64,000 nucleotides of DNA from Lama glama (taxonomy: Eukaryota), in assembly GCA_028534125.1 (NCBI GenBank), contig CM052816.1:42224001-42288000 (forward strand). Direction: 5' to 3'. Below the pieces are notes generated by a model. That model did not search any database. It saw nothing but the letters and a program-made list of their open reading frames with translations, and had not been told where the DNA came from. Positions 22,531-36,250 of this stretch are shown here, piece by piece. A program made the position numbers and the translations under genes. Position 1 is the first letter of the stretch; every line of letters begins with the position of its first letter.

Positions 22531-25279
22531 CTATTCTACATCTGGCTTCAAAAAGGCATAGACCTTTAAGGTGCATAATAAAATTGCAAGTGAATTACAG
22601 GCACCATAAAATCAAACTACAAATTATGAAAGCAAATATCCAATGGATTTTGTACTTCTTTACCAGTACTTTCTTATTTTACAATCAATGTTATTTTATC
22701 CTTGTCTCTAAATATCACCCTGTGAAAAACAAATTTGGAATAATATACATTAAAAAAGCATATGGCAGCTCTATGGGCAAAAGATGCTATTTAGTTCTTG
22801 AGTAAATTGGTGAGGGGTTATGAGGTCAGCAGCCTTTCTCCCCAAACAGTTACGATTACCTTTATAAGGCAGAAAAGCCCCAACAGGAATCTGATTCTTC
22901 TCCCACCAATAACTGAGTGGAAGCCCACAGGTTAGAAAACCCTAAAAGTATAAAAATGCAGTAATTTTTCATAATAAAACTGACAACAAAACTTAAAAGG
23001 GATGTATTAACTCAACATTTGAAAAACAAAGCACCTCTTTTGCAAAGGTTTTAAACTTTTTTCTTACAACATTTTTAATACAAGAATATGAGTGTGTACC
23101 AGTTGACACGCCATAATTATTTCATTGTGAATCATTGTTAGGATTTAAAATTTGTCCCTTAAAAGCTGAAATAAGTACTTAACTATTTTTTAAAAATTAG
23201 ACATTACAACTAAATAAAGTAAGCATCAATTTTATTATTAAGTACCCTGTTATCCTAACTCATTTCTATCTGGTTTTATTTTTAAGTCTTTTTGAACTTC
23301 ATCCCATTTTGCTATTTGTTCTGATAGATTCTTATTCTGCCTTGCAACTGGTCAGTAATGATAAATTCAGGATCAGAACTTTGAAACTGCTGACTTCAAA
23401 TATGTTCAAACATATGACATGGGTTTCATCTCCCTTTGACACAAAAACCTGGCACATTCCGCCCCACTCACCATGGATACCACCCCATTTAGTGAAGCCT
23501 GTACTGTCCTGAGAGCACAAGGGTCATTAGAACAGTTTTCCCTCTCTTTTCACTCAGCCAATGTGCATCAAGTGATCAAGAAGTCAAATAAAATATACCT
23601 GCAGTTTAGGTCCAAAAGGAATAAGAAGCAAAGGAGAGAGAGACACACAGGAAGAAAGACAAAGAGGAAGTAAGATTTGCACAGATAAATAAAATAAAGG
23701 GGAAGCCAAGAATGCTTGGTGATGGCTATCATGTTTGGCAAGTGGATTTATGGTGTGAGTGGCAAAGAGTAGAAAGCCAGGAGGAAGTCCTTCTCACTGA
23801 CCTCAAAGGTATACACATCAATAACTTGCTTTGGTAAATATGTCTCCTCTAACCAGTGGCCCTGCCTGTCACCACCAAGGGAGCTACTGCAGGCTGAGCC
23901 TGTAAGCCAGGAACGTCCTTCCTCTTGTACCCAAGCAGTGTGTCTCTCATATGACTGCTCTGAGGTACCGATCGCCTTGCCCAGGAGAGCAGCCAGGGCA
24001 GTGGCAGTGTTCTTTGGAGGTTGTGCAGTAGTCCTTCACTCCCATAAGGTAATCCTGCAGGTGTTTCTCTTGGCTGTGATCATCAGCACATTAAAAAGAG
24101 TCGTATTTTCCTAAGCTACCAAGCACGCAAGTGTCCATATCGAGCAAGATAACAAGAAGGAAAGAAGTCCCTTTCCAGCTGCAGCCCAGGACCCAGCATG
24201 GCTGATAGCCTGAGAGGGAAAGAAAAATCAATGATTTGATGGTGTTTGCTGACTACATTCAAACTGGACATTTCATTCTTTCTCTCTAGTCTGAGTATGT
24301 GAGACATAAACACTATGACAAACGTGGACAAATGCTCATTCCAAGCTTTGTGCTAGGGACGATAACTACTTAGCTATTCAAAACTAACCACTCTGACAAC
24401 TCAGAGTCCTCTGAAACCCAGCCATACATAGAAAACAAAATAAACAAGTAAACAAAACCTTCTGAGCAGCGAGAATACACATCATGACATTCATCTCCCA
24501 AAGCTGGACAGTTACTCCCAGGAGACGTTGCCAGACATTTGCCCAGAATCCAGCTCATTTTAATTAAGACCTAGTTCTCAGCAGTTCAGCTACGTTATAC
24601 TGCAGCCCACAAAGATTAGAAACAGAAAAAATGAAGGGATGTGTACTGCCCAAGCAGACATACTGACTGCAGTACAGAAACAGCTGGCCTTCAAGGAAAA
24701 GGCAGAGCTAAGGGCAGCACACAGGCAAACCCAAACCAGTAACAACAAAATAAAATGCAGGAGAAAATGATCTATCTACTTTGACAACTTCCTTAATCTA
24801 TTGCCCGGTGCAGTAAAATAAATCATATTTTAATGACAGTTCTGAATCATCAAGAAATATACAAAGTTTCCATACTTTGTTTATGAAAGCAGAGAAGTTT
24901 TAGTACTATTTCGAAGAAAGGTTTGGCACTTCAATAGGTAAAGCTCCATTTTCTGGAACTTCCACCAATTACTGAAATTTTTAGATGCCAATATTTATCT
25001 TTAAGACACATGGTCACTTTACCAGCCACCTAAGAGTTGGCCAGGGCAAAGCCAGGCCAGAAAATGGGAAAGTGGATGAAAATGAAAAATTCTGACTGCC
25101 ATACAGCAAAGCTGACAATTTGAGAAGTGGATGGAGTCTTAAAAACAGGTGGACGAACTGAGAAGTTTGCCCCAAAGACAGGCCTTACTCTTCCAGAACA
25201 CACTGGTGGCCGCTCTTGGGCCATACCTGACAGCAATCCAACAGGCGGAGTGAGGAAAGAGGGTCGTTCCTTCTTCACG

Positions 25280-25444
25280 AAGGACTTAGAATGGTACCTT
25301 GGAAACCTAGTTGGTCTTTAGGTTACCTGCTAAGAAGGCAGATTTCAAGGATCCATCCACTCTTGCAATATGCTAGTTTGGAATGTTTGGATGGCACCCT
25401 GTAGTCTGCATTTTTTAAACCTCAGCCAGGTTTGGAACCACTGA
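25280..25444. mobile_element. MER5-like fragment
   Basis: 'ttagaatggtaccttggaaacc...gtctgcattttttaaac...cagccaggtttggaaccactg'. Confidence 0.6.
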
Positions 25445-27139
25445 CATGGGATGCTGTGGTTTGGGGAGGCACTCTGAGTGCCTGTCACCTTCACCTGAGA
25501 TCTCTAATCTAAAGGGCAGCTGGTGCTGCTTCTGGGATGCATGCCCGTTCAGCCTGGCTCCCACTGGGAACACACAGGGCCCACATTTTCCCACAGGAGC
25601 CCAGTGAGACTCCTAGGTAGCACCTTAAGGAGTTCCAAGAGATTAAGACAGAATGAGAAACACAAAACTAGCCATAACTTTTTTTTTTAATTACAAGGCA
25701 ATTGATTGCTGCTCACCACCAACAACAAAAAGTGTGTAAAAGAAATAAAAAGGAGACTGTGTATTTTACCACATCAAAAGCAGTTACAAGAAAAATAAAG
25801 TGTTTTTTTTTTTTAAGTTTCTTCAGGGAGCTGACACTGGTGGTCAGAATGTTCCAACTCTAACTACTTTCTAACTTCTGCCACTCTATTCAGTAATAAT
25901 GAAAGCTCACACTTAGGTACTGCTTAGCCTGTTTTGTCCTGAATCACTTCTTCAGGCATTTGCACTTTCTATCTGGCATCATTCTTTTATGAATTTCTTT
26001 TAGTTTCTTTCATCAGTTTAATATTTCCAGAAATATTACAGTCCCCCCAAATGCACAGTGTTTTCATTTACAATCTCACGTAGACAATGTCTTTAAAGTA
26101 AAAGAAATAATTAGTAATAAATTTGAATATGCAAAACCTTCCAGCACTGGTAGAACTAAAGTCTGGCTATGCTTCTTTGGCATTTCAGTTGCCAGGGTAT
26201 CTACTCATTACCTTTATGGTTTTTTTCCATTACATGGAAAGCAAACATCAATATCTCTGAACACACAGAAAATTTTTTCTGCACTAAGTAAGTAAACTCT
26301 ACTGTCAACGGGGGCAGCTTGTTTAACCTCTTCCCTTCTATTTGCTAAATAGGTATAGTATGTAGTGTGAGACTGAAAGGAGAGAAAAGATTAAAGTTTA
26401 CAGTATTCTGTACCTTTCCACAGATCCCCATTACAAGCATTAGAAAAGGTAAGAATTAAGTGGTTGCCAGATTTGTCTACAGATATTACAAAATTTCCTA
26501 TATAATCATTAGATTCTAGCTCCTTGGATGTTGGGGTTATGGCTATCCATCTCTGGCCCTATACAGGTATGTCTAAGACCTTAACAGCAGGACTGGTGTA
26601 TCTGGGACTGTATGCAGTTTCTAGAAGTTTCCAACTCTCTTTATCAAGTGATACCCTTCACATTCTTACTGCATAAAAATGCCCCAACATTAAGCGAACT
26701 AAAATTCTCTAGAACTTAGAAAGGTTTCCTAAATACATCACAGTATGAATGTATGTTAGATTGAGGAGGATAGATTGGGATAAAAGGCACAAGGAAAAAT
26801 AAGATTTTTCTGGAGTCAATTGAAATAAATTCTAGGTGAATTATCTAAACAAAGACAAAAGTTAGTTATTATCCTTTCACTTGACTACTAGACATATTTT
26901 AATCTAAATAATCCACAAAGTTCTTCCTTTGACATGCTATTTTGTCATTCCCACTTCTTAAAACATATACTCCAAGGATAGATTTACATACATTCATGGA
27001 GACCCCACCACCATAGTCACTCAATAAATATTTAAAGGGTGAATAAACACCATTTAAAATCTTCAACTTAACATCCCAAGCATAGAAACAGAAATAATTT
27101 CACAATTTAAGAAAACTAAAGTGTGTCATTGTTTAGAGA

Positions 27140-27305
27140 GAGAGCAGGATTTGCAATGGGTAGAATTGGGCTAGAATTCTTGTTAGCTGCTAATGCACAA
27201 GCCTCAAACGTTTAGCCTTCCCATCCATAAAATGGGGTTAATACTATTTGCAGACTTGCTCTAAAGATTAGAAATAATATCTGTAAATCTCTAAGCATAG
27301 TACAA
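27140..27305 (+). mobile_element. MIR fragment
   Basis: 'ccttcccatccataaaatggggttaatacta...aagattagaaataatatctgtaaa'. Confidence 0.65.
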
Positions 27306-27569
27306 TTTGAATGGCGACGGTGATGAGTTTTCTTTAAAAAGTAATACTACTGTGAGCACATTTATTTCTATCATTTTGCATGTCCCAACTTTTTCTATGC
27401 CAGATAATCCTCCTATGATTCCATCATTTTGCTTGACATAATTTCCCAGAACAACAGAGTACCATATTCAGAAGGAATAAGAAAACACATTCCAAAGTAA
27501 ATAGAAATACTTTTTTAAATTTTAGAATATTACTTAATTTCAATGTTTGGAGCTTATTGACAGTTTCTC

Positions 27570-27810
27570 TTTATCCATTGAGATCCTTGGATTGCAAGGA
27601 AAGAAAGTTGAGTCAAAATGAATTTATTGGAAGGATACAGGGTAGCTCCTGGAACCGGAGGAAGTGCTTTATAATCAGGCCTTGGAGGAACTGACAGAAC
27701 TAGGTCACCCTGGGGATCAAGGTAGAGGAACCAGGAGTGTCTTCAGGCAGCAAAGCAGAATGTTCCAGTTCTAACCACTTTCTAATCTTCTGTCCCTCTG
27801 CTTCATAATA
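27570..27810 (-). mobile_element. MLT1-like LTR fragment
   Basis: 'gatccttggattgcaagg...aatttattggaaggatacagggtagctc'. Confidence 0.55.
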
Positions 27811-29699
27811 ATAAAAGTCCACATTTTTATACTGCTTATCTTGTGCCAGTAATGCTTCTGAGTACTTTGCATGTATGAACTCACTTAACCCTCACAACGG
27901 TTTCATGGGGGAGGTAATTCTCACGAACAAAACAAAGTCTCATCAGTATAACTTGAGTCATGTTCCCATGCATTGGGTAAGGAGCTACCTCATTTGATAG
28001 CCCCACCAAGTTAAGATGGAATAAGGAAAAGCCAGGGTAATTTTTAGCAAAAAACAAATTAAACGAGACTGGGCAGACAAAACCCACAAATGTCCACTAC
28101 ATCTGATAAACCCATATGCCTGGCTCTGAAGGATCTATGTCTCTATTTCTAGTTGGTAAAATATTTCCTATTAGTGATATGCACTGACTGGGATTTTAAA
28201 AGTTTAAAAATAAAATGCCTATCCTCCAGAAATGAACATTATACTCTGTCTTGTATTATATATGTGGATAGAAATATAGAAATACTTAAAATCAATATAT
28301 GAGTGCACACAGATTCCAGTTATTAATAAAATGAAAAATCAAATGTATTTAACAAACAAAATACTTAAAAGAAATTGTAGATGCAGTCAAGTTCAACTTT
28401 TCTGACTCCACTAAGTCTAGGAATCATAGAAGAGAGGAAATTCTCCATTCATTACCCCAGGATTAGTGAGATAAACATTCTCCCTATCTCTTGTAAGCCC
28501 CTGGTAAAATAATTCCTTCACTCAGTTACTCAAATAAACAAGACTCCCACTGGCAGAAAGAAAAAGATATTCTATTATCCTGAGTATTTCCACTTTCAAA
28601 AAACAATTCTGATGTTTGACCTGCAAAAAAAGAAAAAAAAAAAGCAGTTGCTGCCAATAAATTAGCATATTATTATAAGGTGAGGTTCCTGCAGGAGGGT
28701 AGGAACCATATTTTGTTAGTTCTTATGTCTGTTGTTCCTAACAGAGGTATTGTACATAGAAGGAATGCAGTCAAAATTGATTTTACAAATGAAGTGAAAA
28801 AATATTGTTCAAATACTCTTGAACTTATTGCAAGAGTATTTCCTTTTTTTTTTCAGTCAGAACCTGACTGGTCACATCATCACAATTAGTACCCTTTAAG
28901 TGCAAGATGATACTCATTCTTTGTTTCGTCATTAGCTGTTCTTTGAATGTCTGTTATGTCTAAGTCAACAGGCTAATGTGAAAAGAACTAGACATGTGAG
29001 TCAAAGCATAAATGCCTCACACCCCCTATTCTCAAATTTTCACTGAAAAGTTCCAAGAGTTGTAAAAGATGAGAGAAAGTCACCTTCAAATTAGAAACCA
29101 TGGAGATGACCATCCACAAAGCAGACTAAAAGAAGTTTCAGCTATGCATAAATAGATCAGATAAAAAGCAAATAAGACCAGTCAAGGAATTAACTCTCAA
29201 ATTCTCCAGTGCATAGTCACTTATTTGTAAGGACAAGATCTGATGGCTGGGTGTCCTAAGACAGCAGAGTAACGCATCTTTGTGCTTTAGTTTGCTAAGG
29301 TGAATCACTGGCATTTGAAAGGAGTCTCCTGAAGCCCCCAAATTATTACAGAGGCCATACCAAGCAGCAAGATGTGGCTGGGCAGGAAACTGGGCACAAC
29401 AGCAGCTTATATAAAGCATGAAGCAAGCTGGCTAAGAAACAGGCGGTCAAGAAAGCTAGCCCAGAAATCTGACACCTGCACAGCACCTTCACCAAATATG
29501 GAGAGAAAATACTGCACGATCAACATTCCTCTGCTGGAGTAACCAGGCATCCACCACACTTCCTCCTCTGCAGTCCACAGGAGATGAATCTCTTAACCAT
29601 CAATATGACTGATACGAAGGTTAGAAAGCTGGAGTTTAATCTACCAGTTTGTGGGCAAACACCAAAGATGGGTAGTCCACACTCACACAAAAGTGAGAA

Positions 29700-31150
29700 G
29701 CAGGGAGAAGAAATACTAAGATGAGGTTATAAAAATATTCTATGGCATAATAAATTGAAGACAACATTCAAGCTGTTTTAAAAATCAAAATTTTTAAATT
29801 ACCTACTGTATAGGAAATACAAGTAAATGTTAGAAAACATGTGCTTCATGTTGCCAATAAAATTAAAAATATATGAACTATAAAAGGTTAAATGGAGTTA
29901 GATTACAAATGAGATGGAAGTTTACTTGGGTGAAGGCAGCAAAAAAGAAAGGGGAGAGGTAAGGAGACCAAAAGATGCAATATCATAACTTCAATCTAGA
30001 ATAGAGGCAGTAAAGATAGAATTGACACTGCAGAAAATAAAATTACAATAAGGTTGCTGCACAAAGATGTATATACAATCATAACTGATGCAATATTTTT
30101 ACTGGGTCCTACCTTGTTACTTTCTCAGCACTTATTAAATAGTAAAAATATTTACATAGAAAACAGGAAACAACTTTAGTATTCATCAATAGTGGATAGT
30201 TTAAATAAATTATGGTATATCCAAACTGTGGAAAACTATGCAACTATGTAAAATGATGACATGGATTTGAATTTTATGACACTGAAATATCTAAAAATTG
30301 AAGAAATGTAAAATTTCATACAGCATGATACCATTTCACAAAATAAACATACTGAGAGAAAAAGAAAGCAGAGGAAAGAGAATAATCTAAAAGGATATGC
30401 CCCAAAAGGTTAAAATTTGTTAAATCTGGTAGTTGGATTATAAGTGGCTTTTATTTTCTTGTTTTTACTTGTCTCATGATCACTTGAAAAAATAATGTTA
30501 TATTTAATTTTTTAAATTGTGGGAGATGGTTTAAACTGTTTTTAGTTATACTTATATAATCTTTTATTATTAAAATAACAAATAAAGAAAATGAAACAAC
30601 TAAGCATATGATTTTAATAAATTAGAAGGTAAAGCAAACCTAAAGAGCAAAAAGAAGTAATTAACAATAAAAATATCTATTAATAGACTAAAAAATGGAA
30701 AAAGACAATTAAAAGCAAATCCATGAGCAAATTCTTTGGATAAAAACATGTTTAAGAAAAATTAAGAATGAGTAAGGAGATAAATCAACAGGTACAGAGG
30801 AATTTTTCCCATTGCTAAAAATATATACATACAATTTTATAAATAAACTTGAAGTGTGAACAAAAATTATGTTTATAGGAAAAAAACATCAATTTTTAAA
30901 ATTCAATCAAAAAGATACAGACAACCTGAATAGATCAATGATTATAAAAAGAGATGAAAACTTTGTCAAAGATTATCTCCAGAATATGGTTCCAGGACCT
31001 TGTAGTTTTTATATACAAATGATAGAAAATGTCCAAGGAATTGATGATTTTCAAACTGCTAGTAATCACTTCCACAGGCCAGAAAATAATATAAAAATTC
31101 TAGACAACATTTTAAGAAACTAATTTATGCCTTATTTCCACATTAGGCAA
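29700..31150 (+). mobile_element. Cluster of very old L1 fragments (L1ME 3' end ~30055-30500; decayed ORF2 ~30570-31150)
   Basis: 'ttaaataaattatggtatatccaaactgtgg'; ORF 30869-31123 contains L1 ORF2-like 'QKDTDNLNRSM...VPGPCSF'. Confidence 0.7.
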
Positions 31151-31499
31151 AATCAGAGCACAGACATATGAAAAAACAAAAAACAACAAAAACAAAAACT
31201 TGCATTTGAAAAAAGATTCATATAAGTAAAATTCTCACCAAGACAAACCAAGGATATCAACCCCCATATGAAGGTTCTAAGGAGGACCCTCATCTCAGGG
31301 CTGTACTTCTCTCTCCCTGCAGAATAAGCCTCATGAGGGCCACCTCAGCCCATGTCACAGATGTATAAACTCCTACGGTGGACAGACCTCAAGCAGTGTT
31401 TGTCTCTGTTGAACATCAACAAATTCAAATCAATACAAGGGGACAGGGCTGTCATCTAACTTCACTCACCCGAAGCATCTGGGTCTTAGCCTCTTTCTG

Positions 31500-31660
31500 A
31501 GAAATGCTTATACAACTATATTTCAAACACACAAATAAAACAAGAGGCAGGCTATAGGATTCAGAGGAAGAAGATATTACTTCTGAGTGGAAGGATGGGG
31601 AATCAGGAAAGAGGTGGTGTTTGAGGTAGTTCTTCAAAGATAGGGTTTGGACATGTTTGA
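31500..31660. mobile_element. L2 fragment
   Basis: 'gctataggattcagaggaagaagatattacttctg...gggaatcaggaaagaggtggtgtttgag'. Confidence 0.6.
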
Positions 31661-31752
31661 ATCCTCACACATGGAAAGAAATGTAACAAAGTCAAAGAAG
31701 AAACAGAACCCAGGCCCAGTCAGTCATGAGCATAATAAATACATTGTCCAAT

Positions 31753-31850
31753 TGAGGCTTGCCAGATAAGATCCAGACCACCCAGTTAAATCTGAATTCT
31801 AAATAAACATACAATTTTTGGTATAAATATGTCTAAAAGATGCAATATTT
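31753..31850. mobile_element. MER53-like hAT MITE (half)
   Basis: 'ttgccagataagatccagaccacccagttaaatctgaatt...tttttggtataaatatgtc'. Confidence 0.7.
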
Positions 31851-32379
31851 TGGTAGAAACCACCACAGGGCTAGGAATGGAGTATCAGAAAATTCAGCAG
31901 GTATGTCTTTGACATGCTTTTTGGACATTCATAGAATATTTTGTTTTGCCTTTTCTCTATTCTTTATCCCTCAACTCGTTTAAAAATTCAGAAGGATGCA
32001 CTGGAAGTACCCATCCAAACACATTTCAGACACAACTAACCCTCAACTGTTCTCAGGGTCCAGAGTCCCTGCAGAAGGCTGTCCTAGAGAGGCAAGTGTG
32101 TAGTGAGCCTGGCTCCGGTGTCCATGAGGACACAGTGCACACCAAGCTCTCAGAACTGGCAACTGCCCACAGGGCCTGGCCAGGGAGCAAAAAGCCAGGC
32201 TCAAGGCAGAGAACCCAAGAGCCTGGCAAAGACAAACACTTTTCCTGGACATACAACTGAATTGTGAGTTTTAAAAGGGAAATAGAGCTGACCACTATGG
32301 TATTTGGGATTTCCACAAATCTGTGTCCAAAGACAGCTGGGATAAATATTTCACAAGAATAGGCAGTTCCAAAAACAGA

Positions 32380-32600
32380 CACAGTATAGCATACTGGTTT
32401 TAAGAAAATGGAGTCTGAAGTCAAATAGAGTGGGGTGTGAATCCCAACTCCACCTACTGTGAGTTAAGTGACCTTGAACAGAGTACAAGTCGTCTCTGCA
32501 GACTCAGTTTCCTTTCTGTAAAACAGGAATAATCGTAAGGTTGTTAAATGAGACAATATAGAAAACGTACCCAGCTCCTAGTAGTTACTTAATAAAAAGT
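32380..32600 (+). mobile_element. MIR SINE (near full length)
   Basis: 'acagtatagcatactggttt...gtgaccttgaac...ctcagtttcctttctgtaaaacagg'. Confidence 0.85.
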
Positions 32601-33259
32601 AATACTCCAGTATGTTTTGGATGTAATCAAAGGCAAAAGAAATCACAAGGAAAAGTAGAACTGTTGATCTTTCCAGTATTTCCTTAGATTACTGAGAGAA
32701 TCAGGAGTCACGTGGTCTAGAATCAGCAACCCCATAAGCGAGGATCAATTCCAGCATCCCCAGGCATTCTAATGTCTCTGGAGGGCTAGGATCATTCTCA
32801 GGATCCTGCTGTTAGAAAAGGAAACCAGAGTTGCCCACAGAGCAGGGAGTGTGGGGAAACACACTCCAGTTCCTGAGCGACTTCCAAATAGAAGGATTTT
32901 CAGAGGCAGGGATTTCTGAGATTCCAAGAAGATATTTGAGAACGTTCTTCCCCCAGAGGGAAGAAACTAGGTCATGTGCTCTTAACCCAATGAGGTTTAG
33001 GGTCACAGTGGCGGGAGAGAGAAGGTAGTTGGCCTTAATTAGCTCCCAAAAAAGCCCAGAACTCCTGGGATTAATCCAAAAGCAAGCTAAACTTCTAGTG
33101 GAGAGATCCAAGCTCACAAATGTAAGTACTAGTTTCAGGAGAAGGAAACCAAATCTAGGACAGCTTCTGAACAATTACCATTTAACTAACATTTACATCC
33201 TATAAGAACTAAATTTATCCTTGCCACAACCCCTGTTTATAGAAAAGTCTCAGTCGCCA

Positions 33260-33470
33260 CCAGAAAGTAAGGTCTGTGAAGGGATGGTCTGTGCCTGTGC
33301 TTTTTACTGCCATATGTCCAAGGAATGGCAGAGTGTCTAGTACATAGTGGGTACTTAATAAATATTCATTGAACTAAATCATTCAAAGCCACACAACATG
33401 TTAGCAGGGGGAGCTGGGATTCAAACCCTGGTCTGACTCTCAAAACCACACTCACTTCTGTGTTACACTG
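33260..33470. mobile_element. L2 3' end followed by a MIR fragment
   Basis: 'agtaaggtctgtgaaggga...tacatagtgggtacttaataaatattcattgaa' then 'gagctgggattcaaaccctggtctgactc'. Confidence 0.7.
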
Positions 33471-33619
33471 CCAGCCTAGGCAGCCTTAGGCCAAAAGCTA
33501 GCCCAAAGCAAGCTGCCGCCCTGGCTCTCTCCCTCCAAGCTCTCCTGGGGTCCACCAGGCTGAATAGAAAAGCCACTTGGAAGGGTAGCCTGAGGAGAAC
33601 GGATGAATCAAGAAGTTTT

Positions 33620-34065
33620 AGCAGATACCGCTAGTTGCCTCTCAAATGTCTATTTTTCCCCTTGCTAAAAGGTAACAAAGCTTTCATTCACCTACTAGAA
33701 ATATTTGGTATCTTAATTATAAAGATATCATCAGTGTACACAGAGGTCTACTAGATGGAGCTTCTATCAAAGTAATTGTGTTACTGCTCAGTTGGAATAA
33801 ATTTTTACCTTTTGAGTGCCCTTTTCTTCTTGCCTAGAGGTGAAACAGACATCCTGGGAAAGTAAGAATAAAAGCCTCGAGCTAAGGCTGGTGAAATAGG
33901 AAGCTACAAGGAAACTTGGTCCTTGATGACTATCTGGAGAGGCTACATCTGCTTTGGCCTGTCCCTCTCCTGATTTCTTGCTTTGTAAGACAGAAAAATC
34001 TCTATTTGGTTGACTGGATATTGCATGCTGTCTTCATATGCTGCATGCAATGACTGAATGACAGT
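33620..34065 (+). mobile_element. MLT1-like LTR (old)
   Basis: 'gtagc/tagcagataccgctagttgcc...ggaagctacaaggaaacttggtccttgatgact...tgactgaatgaca'. Confidence 0.6.
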
Positions 34066-34984
34066 ATTCCCAAGCCAAGCGTAATGAAGATACCACTGCA
34101 CCATTCCTCAAAAATCTTCAGCTGCTGCATAGGAAGATCCAACCGCCTCCACCCCACCCCCCGCCGACCCCAGGCCCATCTTCTACTATGGCCTTCCATA
34201 ATCATGTCCTTCCAATTCCAGCAGGCTCTTTGCCATATTCCAAACAAGTAATGTATTTTAAGATTGATGCTGTTCTTTCCACCTGATATATCTTCTTCCA
34301 TAATCTTTTCCAGACCCTGGAAGAGTCAAAGAATTGATGTAGATCACAGTGGCAAGTGGAAGTCTTCAGAAAAAAAATTGTGTCTTCTAAATATAAGCCA
34401 GATGCACTTTGCCCTAAATATCCATTTCTGGAGTAAGAGACCTGATTTACTCTTGGCTTCTCTTTAATGTCAAAAGCTCTCACCTTATAAAAAATGATTA
34501 ATAAGTTATCACTTATTCGGAATATGTCAGAATGGAAATGCTCATTCACAACAGCAGTCATGAGAAACATCAAAATTTTAAGAATATTTTTTCCTGTTCT
34601 ATAGCGTCTGATTATCCACGAAGATCTTTAGTTTCTGTTTTATATATATATAACAAAACATACACATGAATAAGTTGTCTCATAGTAGAAACTATAAAGG
34701 TTTAGCACTGTGTTCTGACATTCTGTGTGGTGGCCAAATCCCCAAGTTATTGACCAAAATATTTCGTTTCCAGAGCTACTTATTATGTAACTACGAGAAA
34801 GTAATTAAACCTCCCAGTTCATCCATCTGTCAAGGAAAAATAATATTATATGTGCCATCTGTCCAGCTTTCAGGTATGGCAAATATTGATGAGAAAATTC
34901 AAACGAAGTATAGGGCTTTGTGTCAGCTCATTTACAAGAGTTGATCAGTACTGAAAATGTTACAAATCAATTTTTGTTCATTGA

Positions 34985-36250
34985 TTTTGCTTTTTTGAAA
35001 TATTTCAAATATAACAGAAGTTAATGATTTGCTACCCAGGTCTAACAGATGTTAACATTAGTTCATCTTGGTTTCATATTTATTTGCTCTTTTAATAAAG
35101 TATTTGAGACACAGTTAAAGCACATACAGCTAAAGCACTAATCCAACCCCATGCTGTCCTTCTCCTCTTTCTCCAGAGGTGTCCTGAAGTTTTGGGGAAT
35201 CAATTCCATGCAAGACTGCGTAATTTTACTACACAGTATGCAAGAATTAATATATAGTATTATTTTGGTTTTTAAGTTTTACTTATTTTTGTATCATAAG
35301 CACGTATCTTTTAGTAATTTGCTTTTCACATTGAATATTCTGTTTCACAAGTCTATTCACAGTTATATGCAGGTGATGCAAACTTTTCATTTTAACTGTC
35401 AAATGGTAGTAATCTACAGTTAATTTATCCATTCCCTGATTAGTGGACAGTTAGGCTGTTTCTCCTTTTTTACTGTACTCAGCAATGCTATAAAGAGTAT
35501 CTGTGTACACATATACAAGTGTTTCTTTAAAATATGTGACTGTACTTTAAAGTAGAATTGTTGGGCACTTTTGTACGCTTTTACAAAAAGCCATTGGAAT
35601 GGCATTGAATTTTTAGATAAATTTGGGGAGATGTAATATTTTTAGGAGTCTTCCCATCTGTGAATATGGTATGTCTCTCTAAATTCTAAGATTGTCTTTT
35701 ATGTCTTTAAGTAAAGTTTCATAATTTCATGCATGAAAAAAATAAAAGTTTTTGTGATTTTCTTCCCTAGACAGACATCTTATATTCTCTCTCTCCCTTC
35801 TGTTCCCTACTCTCTCTTTCTTAACTGGTTGCTCTTTTGAGTTATACCATTTTTCACATTGCATTTATGCAAGGTTGTGCTGTTAGAAATGCTACTTAGT
35901 TTTTTTTTAATGTTGAATTTCTGTTGTTAATTCTGTATTTAGCAAACTTAGTGAAGTAAACACTATAAATTCTAAAGGCTCTTTTATCTAGAGATGTTTT
36001 TGGATTTTCCAAATGTCCTTGTCTGCAGATTCCCATGGATTTTCTTTCAGACAAACACACTGTTTGTCAATAATGACAATGTCAGTTCTTTTCATTCCTT
36101 GCATTTTTATTTATTTTTTTCCTGTCTTATTTTTTAGTTAGGACTTATAGTATCATGCAGAATAAAAATCTGAAAAAGGGTATCTTTGTCTTGTTCTTGC
36201 CTTTAATAAAATGCTTCTAGTGATTCTAGAACTAATGATCCTAGTTTGCT
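34985..36250 (-). mobile_element. Old L1 (L1ME/L1M) fragments
   Basis: 'taatttatccattccctgattagtggacagttaggctgtttc...', 'tttagataaatttggggag...tcttcccatctgtgaatatggtatgtctctc'. Confidence 0.75.
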
